From a virus, in IMG/VR virus record IMGVR_UViG_3300036846_001176, positions 29,048-93,047 of that record: DNA of 64,000 nucleotides; one strand, 5' to 3'. Position numbers and translations under genes: made by a program. Shown piece by piece: positions 26,701 to 35,868 of the stretch (position 1 is the stretch's first letter; every line of letters begins with the position of its first letter). The notes beneath the pieces were generated by a model. It was not told where the DNA came from and made no database searches. It was given only the letters and a program-made list of their open reading frames with translations.

Positions 26701-27619
26701 GGTCGAACGGCGGATGAAAAACCGCACGATGGAGAGCTCGCTCTCGCATCTCTCGCCGAAGGAACGCGAGCAGCGGGTGGCCGCGGCCAAGGCGCGGTGG
26801 CGCAAGGAAGGCCACCTCGACATGGAGGAGTACCACGACACACTGCACCGGCACGCCTCCGAGGCGCTGCTCGGGCGCGAGAACAAGATGGCGCGCGTCA
26901 GCCAGGAGGCCGAGCACTTCTGGCAGAACGTGCATCACGCGCACGAAGCCTACGACACGATGAAGCCACACACCGAGGAAGGCTCGCACATCATGATGGA
27001 GATCCCGCGGTCCGGCGGGATGCTGCACAACCCATCAGGCATCGGCCTCGAGCACTTCAGTCGCTTCGGTCGGCCCAAGCACAAGATCTACCTCATGCAC
27101 CCCGACGAGGTGGGTGACTGGATCAAGAAGCACGGCAAGGATGCCGGTGTGAACAAGGCAGCGCCCTATGGCGTGGTCGAGCATTGGGATGAGCTGAACG
27201 AGGTGTCCGAACTCACCAACGAACAGCTCGAAAAGATATTTGGCTCCTCGCTGATTGCCGCCGGCGCGAAACGCCTGATCGGCAGCCGGATCGGCCAGGC
27301 CGTGGGCGCCACCGCCAAGGATGTCGGCTCGCGCGTGGCCAGCAGCAGGGTCGGCCAGGCGGTGGGTGATACCGCCAGCGATGTCGGCAGCCGCATCGCC
27401 GCCAGCCCAGGCGGGCAAAAGGTCGCCGACGCTGCCAGCAACCTCAAAGGCCGGATCATCGGTCTGACCGCCCATCCAGCGTATCAGAGCACAGCAAGCG
27501 CGCTAAGCAGTCCGATGGGGCGTGCTGGGGTCAATGCGGCCGGGGCTGCCGCGGCTGGGTATGGTCTAGGACGCATGACGGGCGGCAGCAGCAAACCCGA
27601 CGACGACGACGACCAGTGA
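23798..27619 (+). CDS. XkdF-like prohead serine protease fused to ~1100 aa modular cargo (includes DUF6496-like domain)
   Basis: N-term LTKADQEKRLVWG...NVRAMH...KVEEGGYTGFSIGG, EISFVDSPC; internal MHEFKHGQLHS...NRKQAIAIAL. Confidence 0.85.
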   Translation: MDGFTFFLPLTKADQEKRLVWGRAAVEEPDKSREIMDYTSAKPEFQKWSDGYAKATLGKSFGNVRAMHNPRHLAGKIAEIIYNDQAKAVDVCVKVLDPVDWQKVEEGGYTGFSIGGGYLKKWTDQPSGCTRYTPRIQEISFVDSPCIPSARIMEMQKQDGSTEEVRLRGVARSFAELLPPPTFGDLHKSGGAWRHLAAGAVGETAGSAAGSMIGGENIGSNIGGQLGGAAGSAIGSAFGPVGTFAGGTLGSLAGSAIGGAISGGKKKKPKVPDPDDDDDDMGKAGYSGMRGVTGIVRPPKKLRPGGSMFKIHPGIIRAAATGALHGAKIARRYAPHAALIGATLGGKAAFHASRRIGGRIADRMMEANVRRARIFEGMHGHWHKPGPPSSSRALVVHGASTHDFARRLSEKQMHHLLAGAGAAMIGGAGVGGATGYFGTRHASRRAERALTPRPRRIARKQELIDRLSKAAAPSVARRGARLAAEAAALGLGVGVGAAAANRFHAPEPKPWKHHLLYTATLGPAYGGYLAGRYTAGFRDRKPDTEVTKAEYEGSAADEREDRRGARRMGMTLAQYERTARDRREDAAGERRMGKAALGGYQQGYDDAENAAEGTELANSAFRTAGNLYGKLTGKKPAPGTQGAVEKVSFGAVAPTLRTIGRSLRAAPLKTTRQLGGAAVGLAGRAARRNPAATFAAGGLTGAALAPSGKREDEAQKSELVDLEQLRKNILLQDDNTVSQWRAARSDQWEPSHALDFSYHDPNDPHQVMAGMPAQAKGPMELAEPMGDMAKATSPEQRAKIHQTMHEFKHGQLHSFRAGVPKRKMPKVANRKQAIAIALNQARRMGKGEDPIFVAALTDRLEKASATRGKLAAPDEPGSYTHRKPGGGTALERLGIHPRQLANAAARTGAEYAMPHATLANHPAMHAAYSAMYNAGAGMAAGRAAGHLASTLHLTSPIAQHAAAELSATVERRMKNRTMESSLSHLSPKEREQRVAAAKARWRKEGHLDMEEYHDTLHRHASEALLGRENKMARVSQEAEHFWQNVHHAHEAYDTMKPHTEEGSHIMMEIPRSGGMLHNPSGIGLEHFSRFGRPKHKIYLMHPDEVGDWIKKHGKDAGVNKAAPYGVVEHWDELNEVSELTNEQLEKIFGSSLIAAGAKRLIGSRIGQAVGATAKDVGSRVASSRVGQAVGDTASDVGSRIAASPGGQKVADAASNLKGRIIGLTAHPAYQSTASALSSPMGRAGVNAAGAAAAGYGLGRMTGGSSKPDDDDDQ

Positions 27620-30600
27620 GCGGGCCCGTGTTCAATCCGGCGATCATCGAGACACTGCGCAAGCGCGTGGCGGCGCATAACGAGATCGTCGCCGGCCATC
27701 CGGATCATCAGGTCAAGCTCACGCGGGTGAAGAAGCTCTACAAGCGCTGGCACTCGGGTCCGAACCCCGCCGGGCACGCGCTGGCCATGATCGATGGGCG
27801 CCTGCTGACCTTGCAGACCCAGGCGCTAGGCACGCTGGCCAAGGCGCGCGAGCCGTTCGATCCCGGCCGCCACCCGCGCGGCCGCGGCGGACGGTTCAGC
27901 GGCGGTGGTGGCGATGACGGCGATGGCGGCCAGCCGCCGGCGCCAGTTCCGTCCGACGATCCTCTGCTGCAGGCAGCGCAGACCCAGATCATCCCGGAAA
28001 CCCGCTACAGCGTGATCTGGCCGAAGATCCTCGGCGCAGCTGGCCTTGCCGTCGGCGCGGGGGTTGGCGCGGTGGCCGATACAAGACTGCCCGGCCAGGG
28101 CGGCGGCAGCGTGCCGGATCGCATAGCTACCCACGTGCTCGAGCGCGTCGGCCGCGGCGGTGGCAAGCTCAGCGGGCGCGTTGCGGCGCTGCTCGCGGTG
28201 CGGCTGCCGATCCGCATGGCGCGCGGCGTGATCGGCCGGATCAACCGTGATTACAGCATGGCGATCCCGCGGCCGCGGGCCGGCACCGAAGTGCGCTATC
28301 GGGCTGCCATCAGGGATGTGGGCGGCAAGGTCGGGGCATGGACCGGTCGCACCCTGGGCAACACCATGTCCTACCAATCGCTGCCGGCCGGCTACACGCG
28401 CCGCCTCGCCGAATTCGAAAGCAACGGCTCGCCGATCGCCGGCCACATCGCCGGCGGCATCGTCGGTATGGCGGTCCCTGGCCTGCCGATCGCCATGCGC
28501 CTGCACGACTGGCAGGAAGAGGCGGGCCCCTACATGGACACGGCGTTCCCGCGGCGCGTGCAGAAAGCCGTAGACGACCTCTGGAACGCACCCGAGGTGC
28601 TGGCCAAGCAGGCGGAACTGCTGGCGCTCGCCGGGGTGCCGGAATTGCGCAAAAGCGACGGTGCGCTCGACCTCGACCAACTGGAAAAGGCGATAGGCAC
28701 GCAGGCGCTGCGCGGGCTGTTCAGCGTCATCCGCCGGCCACCGTCGATTTCCGGGATGTTCCGCCGGCCTGCCGCTGCGGCGGCGGCGGCAGCGGGAGGA
28801 CCGGATACCGGCGCCTATCATGCCGCTGCCGGGGCGTTCGGGCGAGTGCGACCGCATGTCGCGGTGCCCAACAACCGCCTGGCGCGCGCGCTCTACATGG
28901 CCGGCCATGGGGTGGCGATTGCCGGCGCCGGCGCCGGTGTCGGCGCGCTGACCGGTGCCGGGCTGGCAGCGTTCGCCTCCGAGCATCCGCGCGATCCGCA
29001 TACCGGGCAGTTCCGCACCAAGGGGCAGGCGGCGATCGCCGGGGCCAAGCGTGGCGCGCTGATCGGTGCCGGGATCGGCCTGACCGGCGGCGCGATCGCG
29101 GCCACCCAGGCGCAGCGCCGGCTGCTGCGCGAGGCCATCGAGCGGCTGCGCGGGCGCGCCACCACCAAGGTGACCACCGACGGCGTCACCAAAGACGTCA
29201 ACCTGCACCAGCAGGCGCACGAGGAGGCCCAGGCCGCGGCGCGCACGGCCTACGCGCATCAGTTCCACGATGAGCACCGACTGGGCCGGCAGCGCATTCC
29301 GGCGGCCGCCGCCAACGTGACCGGCGAGGACCACATCAAGCACATCGGCGCCGAACTGCAGCGCCACGCCGTTGAGACCTTCATGGCCGAGAAGGGCACG
29401 GCGATGCAGGCCGGTGCCAAGGTCTGGTATCGCCATCAACTCGAGGCCGGCTTCGAGGCCGCGGTCAGACGCGCGTTCGGCGAACTGCCCAAGGGGCAGC
29501 GCAGCATTCCGCGCAAGACGAAGTTCGGCACGCTGTTCGATGCGATCGACAAGCGCAAGCTGAAGCCCAATCAGCGCAAGCTCTGGAACAGCCTGGTCAT
29601 CACCCGCCGCAAGGGCCTCAAGGACATCGAGGACGTCTATCGGGGCCGTTCCAGGGAGGTGCAGCGGCATGGCGCGACGTTGGGTCGGGAGATGCGCGAG
29701 CACGCGCATCTGACCGAGGTCTTGCCGACGATTTCCCATGACTGGGCGGCGCTGAAGAATTCCGAGCCGACGCTCGAGCAGATCCGCGAGTTCGCCAAGA
29801 CGACGATGGGTCACACCGTGCGCTCGCAGAGCGTCGAGACCGCGATCGAGGAGGTCGACCACCGCATTCCGACCTGGCTGGAGGGTGCGACCGTCCGGCA
29901 TACCGCGCTTGGGACCCAGATCGAACAGGACAAGGCAGCCTACAACGCGCTGAAGGCGGCGGCCGACCAGGGGTTCGATCCGCAGGAAGCGCAGACCATC
30001 GAGAACCCGTTCTCGACCAACAAGAAGAACCGGATGTTCGAGCCGCTGATCGGCGACATCCCGGGGCACCTGCAGAGGCTGCGCGAGGCAGCGGTCAAGC
30101 CGTTCCACGACGCGTTGGCAGCCGAGGTCGCGGCCGCGCACGGGCATCTCGGCGAGATGATCGACGCGACCGAAGCCTCGCTGCAGGCGCGCGCGACGGA
30201 TCCCGGCGTGATCGAGCGGATGGCGCCCAAGATCATGGCGGCGATGGCGGGGCGCATGAAGCAGGCGGCGATCGACACCGCCAACCTGGCACGCGCGCAC
30301 CGCGACAGCCTGTCCGGCACGATGCGCGACATCTACGACCAGGTGTATGTTCACACCAATCCGACCAACGCCTGGGCGTCGGCCAAGAAGATGGCGATGA
30401 ACGCCGCCGATTATGGCGAGAAAATCGGCGACTGGGTGCGCCGCAACCACAAGATGATCTGGGGGCTGATCGGCATCGGCACCGCGGTCGGGGTCATCGA
30501 CATGACCGCGCCGCGCGGCAAGCGGCTCAATATGCCGCGGCGGCCGAAGGACATGGACGTCGTCTTCGAGGTGCCCGATCCGATCAAGCGGCCGGGCGAG

Positions 30601-32409
30601 GCGCTCTACGGGCTGTCCTATCGCGACACCAAGAACCGCGAGAAGTTCCTCTGGGGCACGCATATCCGCAACCGCGAAGGCACCGATTACGCGGACATTC
30701 CGCCGGGCGCCGAAGTCGAGCGGATAAAGGGCTCGCTGCGCAACTTCAGTGGCAGCGGTGGCGGCAAGATCAACGTGCAGGACGAGGCCGTGGTGCGGAA
30801 GGCCATGGCAGCGGTGGGCGCGAAGCTGAAAAAGGGCGGGCCGCCAGGGTTTGAGTTCGAGCACCGCGATCCGAACCAGACCGACGGTGACGCCAACCGC
30901 GCCGGCCAGGAGATCACCAACGCGCTCAACCGGACGCATATCCGCGAGAACCTGCGCAACGTGAAGGGCGACGAGGCGCACCCCGACGCCGACCCGTTCT
31001 GGCACTCGCTGGCGCAGATCTTTACCGGTGAGGGCAGCGGGCTCATGACGCTGCGGCAGCGCGCCGGCCTGCTGTTCGGCTTCCAGGACGTCAAGGCCAA
31101 CCAACTCCGCCGCGGCATCCTGCCGAACGCATCAGCCTACCAGGGAAGCGACGCCACAAAGGTCGTTCCCGAGATCAGGAAGCTCATCAATATCGGCCGC
31201 TTGGCACCGCGCAACGCCGAGGAATACGGCAACATGCGACGGCTGATCTGGATGAGCGGTCAGCGTGGTGTCGGCGGAAACGTGCAGAACAGCCTGGTCC
31301 AGGATCTGAACAGGGTCTGGACCAGGGCGCATCACAGCAATCCGCCGACCGAGGTCAGCGCTGCGACCACGCCGCCGCCAGGGGCGGCTGCCTCGCATCA
31401 GGCCAGGTTCGAGACGGAGTTCGTCAACATCCTCGACAGCATGCCGCAAGAAGATCGCCCGCTGATGTGGCACGACGAACGGGATTTCCACGACGAGCTC
31501 TCGCAGATGTACATGTCCGAACGCACGCGCAGTCATGCGGCCGGGCAGGACGACAATACCGCGCACCGCCATGCGATGGAGGTGATCAACGAGGCGCTCG
31601 ACCGGTATCGCACCGTCGAACAGGCCGAACCGCTCGGCGATCTCTACAAGATGTTCGGCCTGACCAAGCTGCTGCCCGACCATCATCGCCAGCGCATGGG
31701 CCTGCCGCCGATTTCCGGCGCCTCCAGCGAGCAGCGCCTCGCTCAGCCGCAACCAGCTTCGCCGGGGCCGATGCAGCCCGAGGAGTTCGCCCACCAGCGG
31801 CCGCCCGAGAGCCCGGGTATGGCGCCGACGCAGCCGTCGCGCCCGTCGGGGACAGCGCACGTCCTTGGCCAGGTCGGCTCCTACGGCCTGTCGCAGGCCG
31901 GCTACGATGCGGTGCGTCATCTCACCGCGCATTTCATGCCGTCCGGCGGGATGGTCAGCCGGGCGATGAAGATCGGCCTGAACACCATCGGCGGCGGTGT
32001 CGGTGGTGGGGCATTGGGCGAAGCCGGCGGCCACGCGATTGGCCGCGCCATGGGCGACTATTCGCCGCAGCAGCGGCCCGACGACACCGGGACCATGGTC
32101 GGCCAGACGACCGGCACCCTGGCCCAGGTCGGCTTCAACATGGCGGCCCCGCGCATTGGCCGCTCGGCGGTCGGCCAGGCCATGCGGCGCGGTGTCACCG
32201 GCACCGTCGCGCGCGTGCTCGGCGGCGCGGTCGGCACGATGGCTGATCCCTGGATCGGGCCATCGGGTACACTCATCGGCGCGACGCTGGCCGGCGCCCT
32301 GGCCGACGAGGGGGCGGACATCCTCTACCGCCACCTTCACCACTACGGCGAGCATGTGCCGCAACATGCGCTCAAGACCCTCGGCCACCAGCGGCAGTCC
32401 GCGACATGA
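27616..32409 (+). CDS. Giant modular head-region protein (1597 aa)
   Basis: FDPGRHPRGRGGRF and EHPRDPHTGQF motifs; glycine zippers; GTGA overlap start. Confidence 0.8.
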   Translation: MSGPVFNPAIIETLRKRVAAHNEIVAGHPDHQVKLTRVKKLYKRWHSGPNPAGHALAMIDGRLLTLQTQALGTLAKAREPFDPGRHPRGRGGRFSGGGGDDGDGGQPPAPVPSDDPLLQAAQTQIIPETRYSVIWPKILGAAGLAVGAGVGAVADTRLPGQGGGSVPDRIATHVLERVGRGGGKLSGRVAALLAVRLPIRMARGVIGRINRDYSMAIPRPRAGTEVRYRAAIRDVGGKVGAWTGRTLGNTMSYQSLPAGYTRRLAEFESNGSPIAGHIAGGIVGMAVPGLPIAMRLHDWQEEAGPYMDTAFPRRVQKAVDDLWNAPEVLAKQAELLALAGVPELRKSDGALDLDQLEKAIGTQALRGLFSVIRRPPSISGMFRRPAAAAAAAAGGPDTGAYHAAAGAFGRVRPHVAVPNNRLARALYMAGHGVAIAGAGAGVGALTGAGLAAFASEHPRDPHTGQFRTKGQAAIAGAKRGALIGAGIGLTGGAIAATQAQRRLLREAIERLRGRATTKVTTDGVTKDVNLHQQAHEEAQAAARTAYAHQFHDEHRLGRQRIPAAAANVTGEDHIKHIGAELQRHAVETFMAEKGTAMQAGAKVWYRHQLEAGFEAAVRRAFGELPKGQRSIPRKTKFGTLFDAIDKRKLKPNQRKLWNSLVITRRKGLKDIEDVYRGRSREVQRHGATLGREMREHAHLTEVLPTISHDWAALKNSEPTLEQIREFAKTTMGHTVRSQSVETAIEEVDHRIPTWLEGATVRHTALGTQIEQDKAAYNALKAAADQGFDPQEAQTIENPFSTNKKNRMFEPLIGDIPGHLQRLREAAVKPFHDALAAEVAAAHGHLGEMIDATEASLQARATDPGVIERMAPKIMAAMAGRMKQAAIDTANLARAHRDSLSGTMRDIYDQVYVHTNPTNAWASAKKMAMNAADYGEKIGDWVRRNHKMIWGLIGIGTAVGVIDMTAPRGKRLNMPRRPKDMDVVFEVPDPIKRPGEALYGLSYRDTKNREKFLWGTHIRNREGTDYADIPPGAEVERIKGSLRNFSGSGGGKINVQDEAVVRKAMAAVGAKLKKGGPPGFEFEHRDPNQTDGDANRAGQEITNALNRTHIRENLRNVKGDEAHPDADPFWHSLAQIFTGEGSGLMTLRQRAGLLFGFQDVKANQLRRGILPNASAYQGSDATKVVPEIRKLINIGRLAPRNAEEYGNMRRLIWMSGQRGVGGNVQNSLVQDLNRVWTRAHHSNPPTEVSAATTPPPGAAASHQARFETEFVNILDSMPQEDRPLMWHDERDFHDELSQMYMSERTRSHAAGQDDNTAHRHAMEVINEALDRYRTVEQAEPLGDLYKMFGLTKLLPDHHRQRMGLPPISGASSEQRLAQPQPASPGPMQPEEFAHQRPPESPGMAPTQPSRPSGTAHVLGQVGSYGLSQAGYDAVRHLTAHFMPSGGMVSRAMKIGLNTIGGGVGGGALGEAGGHAIGRAMGDYSPQQRPDDTGTMVGQTTGTLAQVGFNMAAPRIGRSAVGQAMRRGVTGTVARVLGGAVGTMADPWIGPSGTLIGATLAGALADEGADILYRHLHHYGEHVPQHALKTLGHQRQSAT

Positions 32410-33959
32410 GCGGCGCCGGTGGCGGCATGACGACCGGTCCCGGAGGGTCGGGAGGCGGCTTCGCCCAGAGTTCGAACCCATTCGGGGGACTGAACAACAC
32501 CGACCTGCGGCCCGGCCGCCGCAGACGACGTCAGCTGCTCAACACATCCTGGGTCACGCGCACAAAGGAGCCTGCCATGCGCAAGGATGTAGCTACCCTC
32601 GTCGACACGCTCCGCGACAGCGTGGCTGGTATCGTCGCGTCCGGTGCGCCGGACATGGATCAGTTGCTGACCAAGAGCTTCGGCGAGTTCGGCGAAGCGC
32701 TCGGCGGCCAACTCGAGGAGGAATACGGCCCCGATCCCGAGCCGATCGGCGAAGGCCTCGACCATATCGCGCTGTTCGCCAACGGCCTCGCCAAGATGGC
32801 CGACAACATCGCCGCGATCAAAGGCGACGAGGACGTGCCGCTGCTCGACCGCTTCATCGATCATGGCGCGCTGGTGCTGAAGCAACTGGCCAACGACACC
32901 GCCGAACTGCCGGAGGACGACCAGGACATCGGCCGCGCCGAGGCCTCCGGCGAGTTGGTGAAGATCGAGGGCAGCTGGGGCGAGATGCTGGTGAAGAGCC
33001 AGTTGCCGGAGGAATACGCGGCCTATCTGACTGAGCCGCTCGACGTGCTGACCGAGATGGCGACGCTCGGCACCAGCCTCGTCGAGGACGCGCGCGACAT
33101 GGCCGACGCGCTCCTGAAGCAGGACCCGGAGAGCATCCCGGAGGAACTGGTCGACGCGTTGCCGCTGGTGTTCGAGAAGGCCGACAACCCGTTCCGGCGG
33201 AAGCGGCCCGACGATGCCCGCGACGGCGGCGGCCAGGACGACGATCCCGATGATGGTCAGGATGACCAGCCGCAGGGCGGTGGCCGTCAAGCTGGCCCGC
33301 CGGGCCAGGGCGGTGGTCGTCAGGTTGGTCCGCCGGGCCAGGGCGCGCCTGGACAGGACCCGGGTGACCAGGGCGGCGCGCCGGGCGACGACATGCCGCA
33401 GAACCCGGTCGAGACCATCACCAAGCTCGCCTCGATCATCGTGGTGATCGCCGGCTCGATGCAGCAGGCGATGGGCGGCGACATGGCAGGCCAGCAGGAC
33501 CAGGCCGGCGGCCAGGGCGCCGATATTCGCAATGTCGGGTTGCAGCGCGGCGAGCCGTTGCTCGATCAGCCGCTGGCGAAGATCTTCGCCGGCGAGGCCG
33601 AGATCAACGCGCCTGGCATTGGCCAGATGACGCTGTTCGGCGCGATCGAGGAACTCGCCAAGCTGCAAGACGCGGTGCCGGATCTGCGGAAGCAACTCGG
33701 CCAGAAAGACGAGGCATTCCGGTTGCTGAAGCAGCGCTTCGACGAACTGGCCGGCCAGCCGGTGCCGTCGCGTGGTGCGGCCAAGCCGGTCGCCGTCTCG
33801 AAGGGCGAGGACATGGGCGGCGGCGTGCCGTCGGTCGAGGCCGACGTGGCAACGCTGGAGAAATTGGCCAAGGAGGGCGGCGAGGGCGGCGCCGCCGCGA
33901 AATTCCTGATCGGCCGCGTGCACCAGGCTGGCGGTTCGCCGCTGGTTCCGCCAAACTAG
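32406..33959 (+). CDS. Putative head scaffolding protein
   Basis: Acidic/coiled-coil, directly before capsid gene; alternative start ATG 32577 with AAGGAG at 32565. Confidence 0.65.
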   Translation: MSGAGGGMTTGPGGSGGGFAQSSNPFGGLNNTDLRPGRRRRRQLLNTSWVTRTKEPAMRKDVATLVDTLRDSVAGIVASGAPDMDQLLTKSFGEFGEALGGQLEEEYGPDPEPIGEGLDHIALFANGLAKMADNIAAIKGDEDVPLLDRFIDHGALVLKQLANDTAELPEDDQDIGRAEASGELVKIEGSWGEMLVKSQLPEEYAAYLTEPLDVLTEMATLGTSLVEDARDMADALLKQDPESIPEELVDALPLVFEKADNPFRRKRPDDARDGGGQDDDPDDGQDDQPQGGGRQAGPPGQGGGRQVGPPGQGAPGQDPGDQGGAPGDDMPQNPVETITKLASIIVVIAGSMQQAMGGDMAGQQDQAGGQGADIRNVGLQRGEPLLDQPLAKIFAGEAEINAPGIGQMTLFGAIEELAKLQDAVPDLRKQLGQKDEAFRLLKQRFDELAGQPVPSRGAAKPVAVSKGEDMGGGVPSVEADVATLEKLAKEGGEGGAAAKFLIGRVHQAGGSPLVPPN

Positions 33960-33984
33960 AACCTCGCTAGACACAAACCCCCTT

Positions 33985-34014
33985 GGGCCGCTCTGCCGGG
34001 CGGCCCGTTTTTTT
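33985..34014 (+). terminator. Intrinsic terminator
   Basis: gggccgc / gcggccc stem followed by gT7. Confidence 0.8.
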
Positions 34015-34278
34015 CACTTGAAATGAGTGTCGCGTTCTGAAAACGCTGTGCCTTGGTGTTGAGCAGCACCTATTGGCCCGGTTCGCCCGCGGGATGGCCG
34101 CATGCCTGTTGCGTGCGGACCGGGTCATACACGCTCCCGTCTGTCGGTCTGAGCAACCGGCGCTGCCCTTTCCTCATGCCGCGGGGCACGGCGACCCGAT
34201 GATCTGACGCACCGGCGCATGCGCGCTGGTCTGCCCGTTACACGCCGCGGATTGCGGGCGCGGCGGGATCTCTTATCC

Positions 34279-35787
34279 ATGTCAGGTAGCGTCTCAGAGA
34301 GCGTACGCCTTGTACGCGACATGATGGCGTCGAACGCGACAGGCGTCGGCGCATCTCCACTGGCCAAAGCGTTTCTCCAACCGACCACCGCGACCACGGG
34401 TCTTCAGGTTTACGACCTTGAAGCGCCCGCCAAATTGCTCTATCCGGTGCTCACACCGTTGCGTAACAAAATCCCCCGCGTGGGCGGTGGACGTGGTATC
34501 CAGGCTAACTGGCGTGCAATTACAGCTATCAATACCAGCAATATCAGTGCTGGTCTTGGCCAGGGTAACCGCGGCGGCGTGATGGACCAGACCATCAAAG
34601 AATACTTCGCAGCCTATCGCGGAATTGGCCTGGACAACTACGTCACCTTCGAAGCCGACATGAGCGCCGAAGGCTTCCAGGATCTGAAGTCGACCGCGGT
34701 GCAGAGCTTGCTCCGCGCGCTGATGATCCAGGAAGAGCGCATCCTGCTCGGCGGCAACGGCATCACCGGGCTCGGCACCACGCCGACACCGACGGTGACC
34801 GCGATCGGCTCGGGCGGCGCGATCGGCACCGGTATCACCGTGCAGGTCGGCTGCGTCGCGCTGACCATGGAAGGCAAGCGGCTCTCGACGATGGGCGCCG
34901 GCGTGCCGCAGCAGATCAGCCGCACCAACGCCGACGGCTCGACCGACGTCTATGGCGGCGGCGCGGGCGGTCCCTCGGCCATCGGCTCGGTCGCCACCTC
35001 GGCCGCCGGTTCGTCGATCTCGGCGCACGTCGCGCCGGTGGTCGGCGCGTTCGGCTATGCCTGGTATCTCGGCACCGCCGGCACCCAGTACCTCGTCGCG
35101 ATCACCTCGATCAACTCGATGCTGTACACCACGGCGCTGCCGGCCACGGGGCAGCAGTTCTCCACCATCGCCGGCGACAACTCGGTCAATCAGTTGGTGT
35201 TCGACGGGTTTTCGGCCATCGCGGCCAAGCCCGGCTCCGGCGCGTACTGGGCGGCCATGCCGACCGGCACCGACGGTATCGGCACGCCGCTGACCGCCGA
35301 CGGCGCGGGCGGCATCGTCGAGATCGACAGCGCGCTGCAGTCGTTCTGGGACAACTACCGGCTCAGCCCCGACGAGATGTGGGTATCGTCTCAGGAGCAG
35401 AATTACTTTCGCAAGAAGGTGCTGATGGCGCCATCGGCCACCGTGCCGCTGTCGCGCTTCACCATCGCCACCTCGCAGGACCGGGTGCGCGGCGGTTCGT
35501 CGGTGCGTGGCTACCTGAACCCGTTCGGCATGGGCCAGGCGCAGGAGATCCCGATCCGCCTGCATCCCGACATGCCGCCGGGCAACGTCCTGTTCACCAC
35601 GTCCGAGTTGCCGTACGCCCTGAATGACGTGACGAACGTGTATCAGGTTCGCACACGGAAGGACTATTACCAGATCGAGTGGCCGCTCAGGACCCGCAAA
35701 TATGAGTACGGTTGCTACAGTGACGAAGTGCTTCAGCACTACTTCCCGCCGAGCTTGGGTTTCATAACGAATATCGCGCCGGGCTAG
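34279..35787 (+). CDS. Major capsid protein
   Basis: YDLEAPAKLLYPVLTPLRNKIPRV N-terminal motif, YQIEWPLRTRKYEYG C-terminal motif; position; start may be 34321. Confidence 0.85.
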   Translation: MSGSVSESVRLVRDMMASNATGVGASPLAKAFLQPTTATTGLQVYDLEAPAKLLYPVLTPLRNKIPRVGGGRGIQANWRAITAINTSNISAGLGQGNRGGVMDQTIKEYFAAYRGIGLDNYVTFEADMSAEGFQDLKSTAVQSLLRALMIQEERILLGGNGITGLGTTPTPTVTAIGSGGAIGTGITVQVGCVALTMEGKRLSTMGAGVPQQISRTNADGSTDVYGGGAGGPSAIGSVATSAAGSSISAHVAPVVGAFGYAWYLGTAGTQYLVAITSINSMLYTTALPATGQQFSTIAGDNSVNQLVFDGFSAIAAKPGSGAYWAAMPTGTDGIGTPLTADGAGGIVEIDSALQSFWDNYRLSPDEMWVSSQEQNYFRKKVLMAPSATVPLSRFTIATSQDRVRGGSSVRGYLNPFGMGQAQEIPIRLHPDMPPGNVLFTTSELPYALNDVTNVYQVRTRKDYYQIEWPLRTRKYEYGCYSDEVLQHYFPPSLGFITNIAPG

Positions 35788-35868
35788 CTGCGCGGTTAGG
35801 GTTTGGCGGGGCGCGTGGGGCTTCCTCCCCCTCAGCGTCCCGCCAGACCCGCTCAAGGAGCCACAGCG

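Noticed and set aside
27826-31104. 1092-aa minus-strand ORF (also 13016-14701, 34294-36150, 52835-54802 and similar)
   Set aside because: Antisense shadows of GC3-rich plus-strand genes; no motifs or RBS
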